Source: Sedimentisphaerales bacterium (GTDB taxonomy: Bacteria > Planctomycetota > Phycisphaerae > Sedimentisphaerales > SM23-30). Taken from it: a stretch of DNA of 64,000 bases. The position numbers were made by a program, and so were the translations under genes. How positions within the stretch are numbered: position 1 is the first letter of the stretch; each line of letters opens with the position of its first letter. The notes below the pieces were generated by a model. That model had not been told where the DNA came from. It ran no database searches and was given only the letters and a program-made list of their open reading frames with translations. The DNA lies in the NCBI GenBank assembly GCA_963666285.1, contig OY762711.1; one strand, 5' to 3'. Shown piece after piece: positions 1-9,293 of this stretch.

Positions 1-149
1 TGTAAATACCTCTATTAGCTATTATTTATTAACTATGTTTTAGTTAAGTGATATGCATTGTTTAGGAAAACTCTAAGTATCATAAAAACAGGTATATTGT
101 ATCCGTGGCGATATGCCGGTTTAACACTTTCACGGTTGGAGAGGTCAAT

Positions 150-2285
150 ATGAGAAAGGTAATTGTGTCGTTATTTGGTTTGCTTATAGCTGCAGCTTCA
201 TTGAATGCTGAAATAATTGGCTATGAGAGTTTCAGCTATGATGATGGAACGGTAATTGACGGCCAAAGCGGAGGTTACGGCTGGGATTTTAATGGTCAAA
301 GAATTTCCGGAGTTGGAGCCATGGAAAATCCATTACATGATGGTGCTCCATCAACATGGTCTGCGTTGGATGGTGATGGTGGTAATACTGTAACTGACGG
401 CCAGGTCACGATAGATAAGGCGACCCATGGTCAGCTTATTCGTTTGTTTAATCCTGATGAATGGTACGGAGCATTGCGACCAGGCGGTGGCCCGTATTTC
501 TTTGCAGTTACCATGATTAATAATACCCATAATCCATGGGGAGGTCTGTCAGTATATGATTTTGGTACAGAAAGACCTTACTGCGGCCTGATATATCAGC
601 CAGATGAAAATGTTGTCCAGTTTTACGGCCTTGATACTGGAACAAGCGTTTCAACAAATGTGGCTGTAGAGCAGGGAGTACCAGCAAGAATAGTAATGTG
701 TATAGATGCGAATATAGAAATAATCAGATTCTGGGTTAACCCTGACGGAGATGATGAAAATACGAATGAATCAGCCGATGCTTTTATATCATTTGCAGAT
801 TCTGGTAGAATTGATAACGGCAACTGGATTTCAGGAGTGCGTCTGGCATGTGATATAAATGCATCATGGGATGACCTGGTAGTAGCGACCGAATTTGATG
901 AAGTTTTTGTTAAGTCATCAGCTCCGGTTCCGGCGTACAAGGCGATGGATATTCCGGTAGCAGAAGACCTTGTAATGTCATGGAATACAGCTAATGCTGA
1001 CGATATTACATCATATAATGTTTATCTTGAAACTAACGATCCTAATCTGGATTATAAAACACCTATTACAACCATTACTTCATGGACTGGTGACAGAATC
1101 GAGTATGTTCTTGATCAGTCAATGTTGAATAAGGACGATATTTATTATTGGCGTGTTGATGGTGTTACCAGTACTGGTTTTGTCAAGAAAGGTCTGGCAT
1201 GGAAGTTTGAAACACTTAAATCATCACCAGTGATAAACAGTGCAACAGAATACCTGGTTGTTGCTGAGGGCGAAACTGCAGAGCTTTCAGTTGATGTTGC
1301 ATCGGAAACCCCGGAAACCTACCAGTGGTATAAATATGTTGACGGAGTTAATGATGATGACCTAAGCGGTAACACAACTGCTCAAACTGCAACACTTGTT
1401 ATTGATAATGTTACTTCCAGCGAAACCGGCGTATATTACTGTAAGGTCAACAACCTTTCAGGAATTGAAGTTGTTTCAGTAGATTGTGTGTTAGACATCC
1501 AGAGAGCGATTGCAAAATGGACATTCGAAAACAGTTATGAAAGTATAATTGACGGAAGTCCGGCTGTTATGCTGCTGAATGAGCCTAATTTCGTTGCAGG
1601 TTTTGACGGAATGGGTCTGGAATTTGACGGAACCGAAGCTTTGTTTACAGATCCGGCTGAAATTTCATACTTTAACAAGTGTAATATAAGTATGTCTGTA
1701 GCATGCTGGTTCAAATCAACCAATCCTGCTGACTGGGCAGCGATAGTGAGCCGATATGGAGAAAGTGGTCGCGGATGGCAGCTCAGAAAATTTGCATATA
1801 GCGGTGACGGCAGGAGCTTGTGTTTTACAACTCGCGGTACCGGCAATGAAGATGGTTCGCCAACAGATGCCAGGGGTATTGACGTATTTGACGGCGAATG
1901 GCACTTTATTGTAGGTACATTCGATGAAACCGTTAAGAAAGTATATGTTGATGGTTTTGAAGCTGCTTCAGATGCGATTACAGTACCTATAGCCTACGCA
2001 GATAATCCAGTAGCAATTGGTGGAAGAGCATATTATTCCGACGTGGATGAAGTATGGACAGTTGATACTGCTATGCAGTTTGTAGCTGATGATGTAACAA
2101 TCTACAATTATGCCTTGGACGCAATTGCTGTTGCTCAGATAGCTGCGAATGGATTGGGTACCGAAGTTTGTGTGACTTATCCTGAGATGGATTTGAATAC
2201 AGACTGTAAGATTACTATTGAAGATCTGGCTATAATTGCAGGCAATTGGCTGCTTGACAATAATGTTTACCCGGAAATTGAATAA
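150..2285 (+). CDS. Secreted multidomain protein: N-terminal beta-sandwich, Ig-like domains, LamG/concanavalin-like jellyroll, C-terminal dockerin-like motif
   Basis: ATG at 150 after GGAGAGG gives signal peptide MRKVIVSLFGLLIAAASLNA; YYWRVD and YQWYK...GVYYC Ig motifs; LamG pattern (DGEWHFIVGTFD...VYVDG...DDVTIYNYAL); C-terminal DLNTDCKITIEDLAIIAGNWL. Confidence 0.8.
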   Translation: MRKVIVSLFGLLIAAASLNAEIIGYESFSYDDGTVIDGQSGGYGWDFNGQRISGVGAMENPLHDGAPSTWSALDGDGGNTVTDGQVTIDKATHGQLIRLFNPDEWYGALRPGGGPYFFAVTMINNTHNPWGGLSVYDFGTERPYCGLIYQPDENVVQFYGLDTGTSVSTNVAVEQGVPARIVMCIDANIEIIRFWVNPDGDDENTNESADAFISFADSGRIDNGNWISGVRLACDINASWDDLVVATEFDEVFVKSSAPVPAYKAMDIPVAEDLVMSWNTANADDITSYNVYLETNDPNLDYKTPITTITSWTGDRIEYVLDQSMLNKDDIYYWRVDGVTSTGFVKKGLAWKFETLKSSPVINSATEYLVVAEGETAELSVDVASETPETYQWYKYVDGVNDDDLSGNTTAQTATLVIDNVTSSETGVYYCKVNNLSGIEVVSVDCVLDIQRAIAKWTFENSYESIIDGSPAVMLLNEPNFVAGFDGMGLEFDGTEALFTDPAEISYFNKCNISMSVACWFKSTNPADWAAIVSRYGESGRGWQLRKFAYSGDGRSLCFTTRGTGNEDGSPTDARGIDVFDGEWHFIVGTFDETVKKVYVDGFEAASDAITVPIAYADNPVAIGGRAYYSDVDEVWTVDTAMQFVADDVTIYNYALDAIAVAQIAANGLGTEVCVTYPEMDLNTDCKITIEDLAIIAGNWLLDNNVYPEIE

Positions 2286-2310
2286 TAATCGGTTATTTTG
2301 TTAGAAATTG

Positions 2311-2344
2311 TGAGCTCTCCGTTAAATATACGGAGAGCTCATTT
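2311..2344 (+). terminator. Probable intrinsic terminator
   Basis: Perfect 12-bp stem TGAGCTCTCCGT/ACGGAGAGCTCA with 7-nt loop right after the stop; only a short T run follows. Confidence 0.7.
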
Positions 2345-2404
2345 AAAACTATATATAATAGCTACATTAAATATATTGATTGATTAAAAAGTGATAAAGG
2401 CAGA

Positions 2405-2929
2405 ATGTCGAATTCAGAAAATAACAATTTTTTGAAATTACTTATCCCAGGCCAAAAGAGGATATTTTCATATATAGTTCGGTTGATACCTAATTATGCA
2501 GATGCAGAAGATGTGATGCAGGAGGTTGTCGAATTGTTATGGAAGAAGTTTTCTGAATTTAAGCCGGATACAGATTTTTTAGCATGGGCTTTGGTAATTG
2601 CGAGATATAAAGTCTATGAATATTACAAAGAAAATAAGAGGAGCAAGCAGAGACTGAGTAATGAAACAGTTAGAATTCTTGAGAAGGAAGCGCAGCTTCA
2701 GGATAAACAAGAAGACTTTCGTATAGATGCCATAAAGAAATGCGTATTAAAGCTTAATTCAAGTGATTATAAAATAGTTAAGCTTCGCTATGAGCTAAAT
2801 GAAAAAGTTACAAATATTGCTGTGCAATACGGATGTTCAGTCCAGAGTATCTACAATAATTTAACCCGTATTCATGATGCTTTGATGCTTTGTGTCAAAC
2901 GCCATATGCGTCAGGAGGACATTCTATGA
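2405..2929 (+). CDS. ECF RNA polymerase sigma-70 factor (planctomycete/verrucomicrobial type)
   Basis: DAEDVMQEV...LW...F..W...IARY region 2 and C-terminal HTH region 4; ATGA overlap with the next gene. Confidence 0.92.
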   Translation: MSNSENNNFLKLLIPGQKRIFSYIVRLIPNYADAEDVMQEVVELLWKKFSEFKPDTDFLAWALVIARYKVYEYYKENKRSKQRLSNETVRILEKEAQLQDKQEDFRIDAIKKCVLKLNSSDYKIVKLRYELNEKVTNIAVQYGCSVQSIYNNLTRIHDALMLCVKRHMRQEDIL

Positions 2930-4605
2930 CTCATGACGAGAAAAAAGAATATGGAAAGATGATTCTTTTGGCACTTGACGGGCTAATGGATAATGAACAG
3001 TTTGCAGAATTTGACAGGAAATTGAGAGAGGATGCTTCATTCAGGCATTATTATCTGGAATTTATGAGCGTTAATTCTTCATTAAACGCCATCGATAAGT
3101 TTCCGGTGAGGCGTTATCCTGATGACAGCTTTATTGATAGTGAGATACTGAACCTGTTTGCTGAGATAGAAAACAATTCTCCGGCGATAATATTCCCGGA
3201 AGAGTGTGACGCAGAGGGCAAAGCGGAAGTTGGCAAAATTGTTCATAAAGAAATAAAAACTAATAAATTCTTCAGGATATATAACAGGCTTGTTTCAGCG
3301 GCGGCTGTGCTGTTATTGGCTTTTATCCTTTATGCTCATATCTTTCCACCTAAATATAGTGTGCCGGTTGCAACCGTTACAGACCAGGTTGGAGTGAAAT
3401 GGAAAAGCAGTTCGGAAAAATTAGTTACAGGTGGAGATTTACTGACAAATCAGCCACCATACATTTTGGAGAAAGGTATTGTAAAAATTGCTTATCACCA
3501 GGGTGTTAATGTTGTCATAGAAGGTCCGGCCGAGTTCCAGATTCTTACAGAGGACAGGCTTGGCCTGAAAAGCGGTAAAGTATATTCGGTTGTAGCAAAA
3601 GAGGGTACCGGTTTTTCCGTTTATACGCAAAATGCAAAAGTGGTTGATCTTGGGACAGAGTTTGGAGTATATGCAGATTCAAACGGTGATACATCGATAC
3701 ATGTAATAAAAGGCAAGACAATGCTGATAGCCGGTAATGAGTCAGATACTGTCAGTCTTTCTATAGAAAAGGGTTATGCCAAGCGGGTGCTGGCAAATAA
3801 ACAGACAATAGCTGATATTTCCTGCGAAGAGGAGCTGTTTGTTCGTGAAATTGATTCCAATAGTAATTTTATCTGGCGAGGCCGAAATTATATATGTTTG
3901 GCTGATATTGTCAGTGGAGGAGATGGTTTTGGTGCCGGCAGGAAAGATTATGGTATAGATATTCTGACCGGTAATTTGCAGTATTTTCCAGAGACACGAG
4001 AGACGTATGATAAAAACAACAAGTATGTCCTGGCAAAAAATATTAAATATATTGACGGGGTTTTTGTGCCAAATGGCGGAGTTGAAAATCCTGTTATTAC
4101 ATCAACGGGAATATCTTTTAGCGGTTTCCCGAAGACAGGCGGAGAAGTATGGGGTGGAGTATTTAACGGCTGTTTCCATATGTCATATAATGTAAAGAGG
4201 CACAATTTTAGAATGAATGGCAGAGAGTATGGTTATAAATCAGGCGAGGCTTCGATATGCATGCACAGTAATAAAGGGATTACATTTAGTTTAGATGCAA
4301 TTAGAAGTGATATAAATGCGTTTCAGTTGAATGGTTTTTCTACAGAAGTGGCTGTATCTGAAACGAGCCTGGAATATCTGGGCGAGAATAGTACAAATAA
4401 AATAGATTTTTATGTGATAGTAGACGGACAGCAAAGGTATTGTAATAAAGAAATTGATCCGGGTTCAGGACTTGTTAAAGTAGAAGTTCCAATACAAGAA
4501 AGTGACAGGTTCCTTACGCTTGCTGTAACGGAAAGTAATGATGGCGCCGCTTTCGACTGGTGTTATCTAAAAGATCCCAAATTAAGCCTTACCGGACCAA
4601 AATAA
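2926..4605 (+). CDS. Membrane anti-sigma factor: single TM, FecR domain, C-terminal NPCBM/NEW2-like carbohydrate-binding domain
   Basis: ATG at 2926 overlaps the sigma stop; AAAVLLL TM; FecR motif VVDLGTEFGV; NPCBM-like MHSNKGITF...FYVIVDG...FLTLAVT...DW. Confidence 0.85.
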   Translation: MTHDEKKEYGKMILLALDGLMDNEQFAEFDRKLREDASFRHYYLEFMSVNSSLNAIDKFPVRRYPDDSFIDSEILNLFAEIENNSPAIIFPEECDAEGKAEVGKIVHKEIKTNKFFRIYNRLVSAAAVLLLAFILYAHIFPPKYSVPVATVTDQVGVKWKSSSEKLVTGGDLLTNQPPYILEKGIVKIAYHQGVNVVIEGPAEFQILTEDRLGLKSGKVYSVVAKEGTGFSVYTQNAKVVDLGTEFGVYADSNGDTSIHVIKGKTMLIAGNESDTVSLSIEKGYAKRVLANKQTIADISCEEELFVREIDSNSNFIWRGRNYICLADIVSGGDGFGAGRKDYGIDILTGNLQYFPETRETYDKNNKYVLAKNIKYIDGVFVPNGGVENPVITSTGISFSGFPKTGGEVWGGVFNGCFHMSYNVKRHNFRMNGREYGYKSGEASICMHSNKGITFSLDAIRSDINAFQLNGFSTEVAVSETSLEYLGENSTNKIDFYVIVDGQQRYCNKEIDPGSGLVKVEVPIQESDRFLTLAVTESNDGAAFDWCYLKDPKLSLTGPK

Positions 4606-4754
4606 ATAGTTCTTTTATTGCCCCAGAGTTGAAAAAAGTAATTTAGTTCAACAATGAACTGAACATTCCTTATATGTATTAACGTAATTTCCCGGACAAT
4701 TATTAGTTGAATTTTTAAAAGATAGATATTATAGTAACCAGAGAGTATTGAAGT

Positions 4755-7700
4755 ATGAAAGAATTTGTGAAGTTATCGAAGATTGTAAGTTGTATTTTGG
4801 TTGTTTTAGCTGTGTTGAGCTGTTCGGCAGTATATGCTGAAGTTCAAGAGCAGGTTATCGGTGATGTCCGGGTACAGGTATTAACGCCAACTCTCGTTAG
4901 AATAGAGTTGAAAGGTCCAAATGGTTTTGAAGATCGTGAGACTTTCCATGTAGTAAATCGCAGCTGGCCAGGAGCAGAGGTTGACCGAGTAGTCAGTAAT
5001 GGTTTTATCAATATATCTACATCGAATTTCATCGTAAAAGTGCCGGAAACACCGGATGGTTTGAAAGGGATAGTGATTTCTGATTCTGTCGGAACAGTTA
5101 TCTGGGAGATGCCGGATTATTCAGAGTATACAACTTTGAAATGCCGCTGGCCCGAGATAGGCGATGCATATCTTTATGATGCCGGTGACAAAGTTGGTTA
5201 CGGCTCGGTAATAACAGATGACAGCTATTTGTGGAAGCTGGAAAGTGCTGACGGTTATACACAGATTCGCAACAAGGCGACCGGCGATTATATGAATATC
5301 GAGAACCTCTATGATTGTGTGGAGTGCGGACCGGTGCCAAGTCACTGGCATAGCAAGGACTGGATCTTAACTACTGTTGATGGTTACAAGTCAATAAAAT
5401 GCAGGTGGGGTGACCACCAGGATATTATCCATATCGAGAATCAGAAAGGATATGCCGAACATTCACCGGCAGATACCACCAACCAGGATGGTAAAACGGT
5501 AGATGGCTGGTGGAGTGCGTTGTGGGGTATTACAGGTTCAGGCTCAGATTTCTTTACTAATAACAGGCACTGGCTGCCGCATCCGCAGGATCAGACAACC
5601 GCCTGGGCTATTTGTGATACACCTCGATATGTTCCGTCGGAATGGGGGTACAGTCCGGCACCTGAAGGAGCAGATAACTACCAGACAAATGGCTGGGACA
5701 TGTCAAATGATTCCAAAGATGTTTATGTTTTTTTACCGGGCGGTGACAGTAAACTATTGCGTAAAGAGTTTCTTGACCTTACCGGCAGGGCAGAGCTTAT
5801 GCCTTTGTATGCTTTTGGCGGTTGGGACAGCAGATATTATCCCTATACTCAGCAGGAAGCACTGGACAAGATTGACAGGTTTCGCTCAGAACAGATTCCG
5901 CTCGATGTTTTTGTTGTGGATACTGACTGGCGGGTTGGTGCCTCACATGGTTATGGCGTAAATACTGACCTTTTCCCTGATATGGAGCAGTTTCTTAGTG
6001 ACGCCCATGCGAAGAATACCATGATCACTTTTAATGACCACCCGGAACCGCAGGCCGATAGTGTATTGGACCCGGTTGAGGTTAGTTATCGATATGAAAA
6101 TCTTCGTGGATTATTTGATATTGGGCTGAATTTCTGGTGGTTTGACAGAAACTGGCATACCTGTATTGTCCCTCCGGACGGCATAAACAAGGAAGTATTT
6201 GGTATGTATTTGTACCATTGGGTTACCCGGGATTATTATCCGGACAGGCGTCCAATGATAATGGCTAATTTTGATGGTATTGACAACGGTCCGATTAACA
6301 GGGCTCCGAATATTGCCGCCCACCGGTTTACCATGCAGTGGACCGGTGATACCTATAATCATTTTGATTCACTTCGCCAGGAGATAACAGATGCAGTTTA
6401 TACTGGTGTATTTGCACCGTTTGGCTATCTGAGTACTGATTTGGGCGGTCATATGGGAGAAACGACAACCGAGCAATATTGCCGCTGGGTGCAGTATGGG
6501 GCATTGTCTCCTGTATTCAGGCTGCATTGTACAAGGGGGCTGACCAGGGATCCTTGGGAGTTTGCCGATCCTTGCCTGGAGGTTGTGAAAAAATTTGTTC
6601 AAATGAGAATGCGTTTACTGCCGTTATTTTACAGTTCGGCAAGAGAAAACTATGAAACAGGTGAGCCGATTCTAAGACGCTGTGACTTGGATTACCCTGG
6701 CTATGATCAGGCAAAAGATAACTTGCAGTATATGCTGGGCAAAGGTATTCTGGTTGCTCCAGTTTGTGATGGTGGTGGTAAGGCGGTTGAAAGTGACTGG
6801 CTGACCACTGCTGGTGGTAATCCGGGTTTAATTGCAAGCTATTATAACAATATGGAACTTTCCGGAACTTCCATTACCAGAATAGAATCCCAGGTTGATT
6901 TCAATTGGGGAGCTTCAAATCCGGTAGATGGAATTGGGGCTGATAGTTTTAGTGTTCGTATAACTGGAAATGTAGAAGTTAAAACTGCTTATCCTGTTCA
7001 ATTTGGTATTACCACTGATGACGGCTGCAGGCTTTGGATAGACGGTCAGCTTGTGATAGATCAATGGCAAGATCAGGCATCAACAACTTACTGGACTGAG
7101 CAAACGTATCAGCCAGGCCAGAAATGTTCTGTGAAAATTGAGTATTTTGAGAATAGTGGAAATGCTGAATGCAGGCTTATTTGCCAGAAGGATGCTACCG
7201 GTGGTATAGATAGAGAGCTATGGCTTCCTCCTGGCACCTGGGTTGACAGCTGGACCGGCCAGATCTTTACCGGGCCGGCAGATATCACTAGAGCTGTACC
7301 TCTGACAGAAATGCCTATCTATGTAAAAGCCGGTACTATTATTCCACTGGCACCGGATATGCAGTATACTAATGAAAAACCATGGGGCACTGTCACGCTG
7401 GATGTTTATCCTGATGTGAACAATACGGCCGAAGCTGTTTTGTACGAAGATGACAGGATGTCAAACGAATATAAAGGTAGTGCTTATCGCAAGACAAATC
7501 TGGCTGCTTCTGTAGATAACCGTATGCATAAGGTTATTATTGATATATCTGCTGTAGAAGGAGATTATGAAGGAGCGTTAGGTGAAAGGGCTTGGTCTAT
7601 TCGTTTGCGTCAGCCGTTAAACTGGCAGGGCAAATATAAAGTTAAATCCGTAAAGTTAAATGGCAATTCTTATAGTTACCAGATTGTTAAGCGTAATCCT

Positions 7701-8531
7701 GGGGCTATGCCGTTTACTGTAAGTGGCGGAGCATCTGATTCAGATGTGATATTGATTAATATTCCAAATGTGTCAGTTGATGAAGCTCAAAATATTGAAG
7801 TTGAACTTGAAAAAGTCTGGGATGTTTCGACTGTAGGGGTAAGCGATTTATTAGGAATATGCGGCTATCCATCAACAAATATGACATTAACCGGATACGG
7901 TTCAGGTATATCAGATACCAACATTTCTTTTTTTTTTATAAGTCAGCCTGCAGCTGACAACCTCCATGTACTGGCTAAGCTTGATTCGCTGTCTTCTGAC
8001 AGCGTTTCAGCTACAGCTGGTATTATGTGCAGGAGTGGGCTGGATGAAGACTCGTCATTTGCTGCAGTCATTATTGACAAAGCTGGTAGCCTAAGGAGTG
8101 TCCTAAGGCAATCAGATGCCCAGTCTTTGGTCAGCAATGTTCTTATTGAGTCGGGCTCTGCAGGTAAATGGCTTAAGATGGTGCGAGTTAATGGTTCATT
8201 TAAATGTCTTATATCATCGGACAATAGTGAATGGGAGGAACTGGCAAGTCTGGATGCCGATATGCCGGACAATATCGTTGCCGGCTTAATGGTTTCTTCA
8301 GGTAGCATGGATTTGTCAGCAACAGCAGAATTCAGCGGAATAGAAATAGTAGATAGTTTATCCACTGATATTAGCGGAGATGGCAGGGTGGATGTATCTG
8401 ATTTAAGTTTGCTGGTTGAAAGCTGGCTGAATACAAACTGTTATCAGAATAACTGGTGCTCTTATGCTGATATTAATATGGATGATACAGTAGATCTTGA
8501 AGACTTTTCTGTTATGGCAGGCAGCTGGTAG
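4755..8531 (+). CDS. Secreted GH31 glycoside hydrolase (alpha-glucosidase-like) with inserted ricin-like and PA14 domains, DUF5110-like domain and C-terminal dockerin-like duplicated motif
   Basis: Signal peptide; IPLDVFVVDTDW, WWFD (nucleophile region), QWTGD (acid/base), RWVQYGALSPVFRLH; PA14 motif TDDGCRLWIDG...IEYFEN; two DxxxDxxVDxxD repeats at the C-terminus. Confidence 0.88.
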   Translation: MKEFVKLSKIVSCILVVLAVLSCSAVYAEVQEQVIGDVRVQVLTPTLVRIELKGPNGFEDRETFHVVNRSWPGAEVDRVVSNGFINISTSNFIVKVPETPDGLKGIVISDSVGTVIWEMPDYSEYTTLKCRWPEIGDAYLYDAGDKVGYGSVITDDSYLWKLESADGYTQIRNKATGDYMNIENLYDCVECGPVPSHWHSKDWILTTVDGYKSIKCRWGDHQDIIHIENQKGYAEHSPADTTNQDGKTVDGWWSALWGITGSGSDFFTNNRHWLPHPQDQTTAWAICDTPRYVPSEWGYSPAPEGADNYQTNGWDMSNDSKDVYVFLPGGDSKLLRKEFLDLTGRAELMPLYAFGGWDSRYYPYTQQEALDKIDRFRSEQIPLDVFVVDTDWRVGASHGYGVNTDLFPDMEQFLSDAHAKNTMITFNDHPEPQADSVLDPVEVSYRYENLRGLFDIGLNFWWFDRNWHTCIVPPDGINKEVFGMYLYHWVTRDYYPDRRPMIMANFDGIDNGPINRAPNIAAHRFTMQWTGDTYNHFDSLRQEITDAVYTGVFAPFGYLSTDLGGHMGETTTEQYCRWVQYGALSPVFRLHCTRGLTRDPWEFADPCLEVVKKFVQMRMRLLPLFYSSARENYETGEPILRRCDLDYPGYDQAKDNLQYMLGKGILVAPVCDGGGKAVESDWLTTAGGNPGLIASYYNNMELSGTSITRIESQVDFNWGASNPVDGIGADSFSVRITGNVEVKTAYPVQFGITTDDGCRLWIDGQLVIDQWQDQASTTYWTEQTYQPGQKCSVKIEYFENSGNAECRLICQKDATGGIDRELWLPPGTWVDSWTGQIFTGPADITRAVPLTEMPIYVKAGTIIPLAPDMQYTNEKPWGTVTLDVYPDVNNTAEAVLYEDDRMSNEYKGSAYRKTNLAASVDNRMHKVIIDISAVEGDYEGALGERAWSIRLRQPLNWQGKYKVKSVKLNGNSYSYQIVKRNPGAMPFTVSGGASDSDVILINIPNVSVDEAQNIEVELEKVWDVSTVGVSDLLGICGYPSTNMTLTGYGSGISDTNISFFFISQPAADNLHVLAKLDSLSSDSVSATAGIMCRSGLDEDSSFAAVIIDKAGSLRSVLRQSDAQSLVSNVLIESGSAGKWLKMVRVNGSFKCLISSDNSEWEELASLDADMPDNIVAGLMVSSGSMDLSATAEFSGIEIVDSLSTDISGDGRVDVSDLSLLVESWLNTNCYQNNWCSYADINMDDTVDLEDFSVMAGSW

Positions 8532-8747
8532 AAGGTCTGATAATTTGAGTGTAATTGCAGGTGGTCACACAATTCTTTTCGCTCTAATCTAATTATCAGG
8601 GAGTATCTGCCCGATATTATTCGAGGTGGATGTCTACTCGTTAAGCAGTATTATTTAGCTATTTTACAAAAAATATAAAAAAGTACGCACTATTTGCGTC
8701 TGTTTGGGTATATCCTATTGAAAATAATTCAAAAGTGATGATTTTGT

Positions 8748-9293
8748 ATGAATAGAGAGAGTAAAGATAATCAAATAATGAGCATAAATGACAGAAAGTA
8801 CAGGAGTTATATTCAACTTTTGACAGCTAATCAAAGGAGGATATACGGTTTTATTTATGCTATGTTATCAGACCATTCCGTCGCAGAAGATATTCTTCAG
8901 GAAACAACGATGTTTATGTGGGAGAATTTCGATAAATTTCAGGAAGGTACTAATTTTTCGGCATGGGGTATCAGTATTGCGAGAAATTTTGTCCTGAAGC
9001 ATTGCAGAAGCCGGAAGAACAAGGCAATGTTGTTTGACAGCGAGGTACTGGAAAACCTTGAAGAGCAATCTGATATATTTGAATTTCAGGAAGAGCAGTT
9101 TGACGCGTTGAAGAAGTGTTTTAAGAAACTTCGGGAGGTAGATCGTCAATTAATGCAAATGAGGTACATTGATAAAATAAAAATAAAGTCAATCTCTGAA
9201 AGATTCAATCTTTCGACCAGTCATTTATATAGAGGCATTGCTAAAATAAACAATAATCTTCTTAAATGTATTAAACGCCAACTTTCAGCGTAA
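8748..9293 (+). CDS. ECF RNA polymerase sigma-70 factor
   Basis: AEDILQET...MWENFDKFQEGTNFSAW...IARN; TAATG overlap with the next gene; start could be a later Met. Confidence 0.92.
   Translation: MNRESKDNQIMSINDRKYRSYIQLLTANQRRIYGFIYAMLSDHSVAEDILQETTMFMWENFDKFQEGTNFSAWGISIARNFVLKHCRSRKNKAMLFDSEVLENLEEQSDIFEFQEEQFDALKKCFKKLREVDRQLMQMRYIDKIKIKSISERFNLSTSHLYRGIAKINNNLLKCIKRQLSA

Noticed and set aside
105..149. Longer N-termini given by the ORF track (105, 2890, 13429, 21796, 23016)
   Set aside because: Downstream ATGs have an RBS or stop/start overlap and/or give clean signal peptides
8602..8640. G-U-rich hairpin between GH31 and the second sigma gene
   Set aside because: Weak stem without U-tract; cannot support a terminator or ncRNA call
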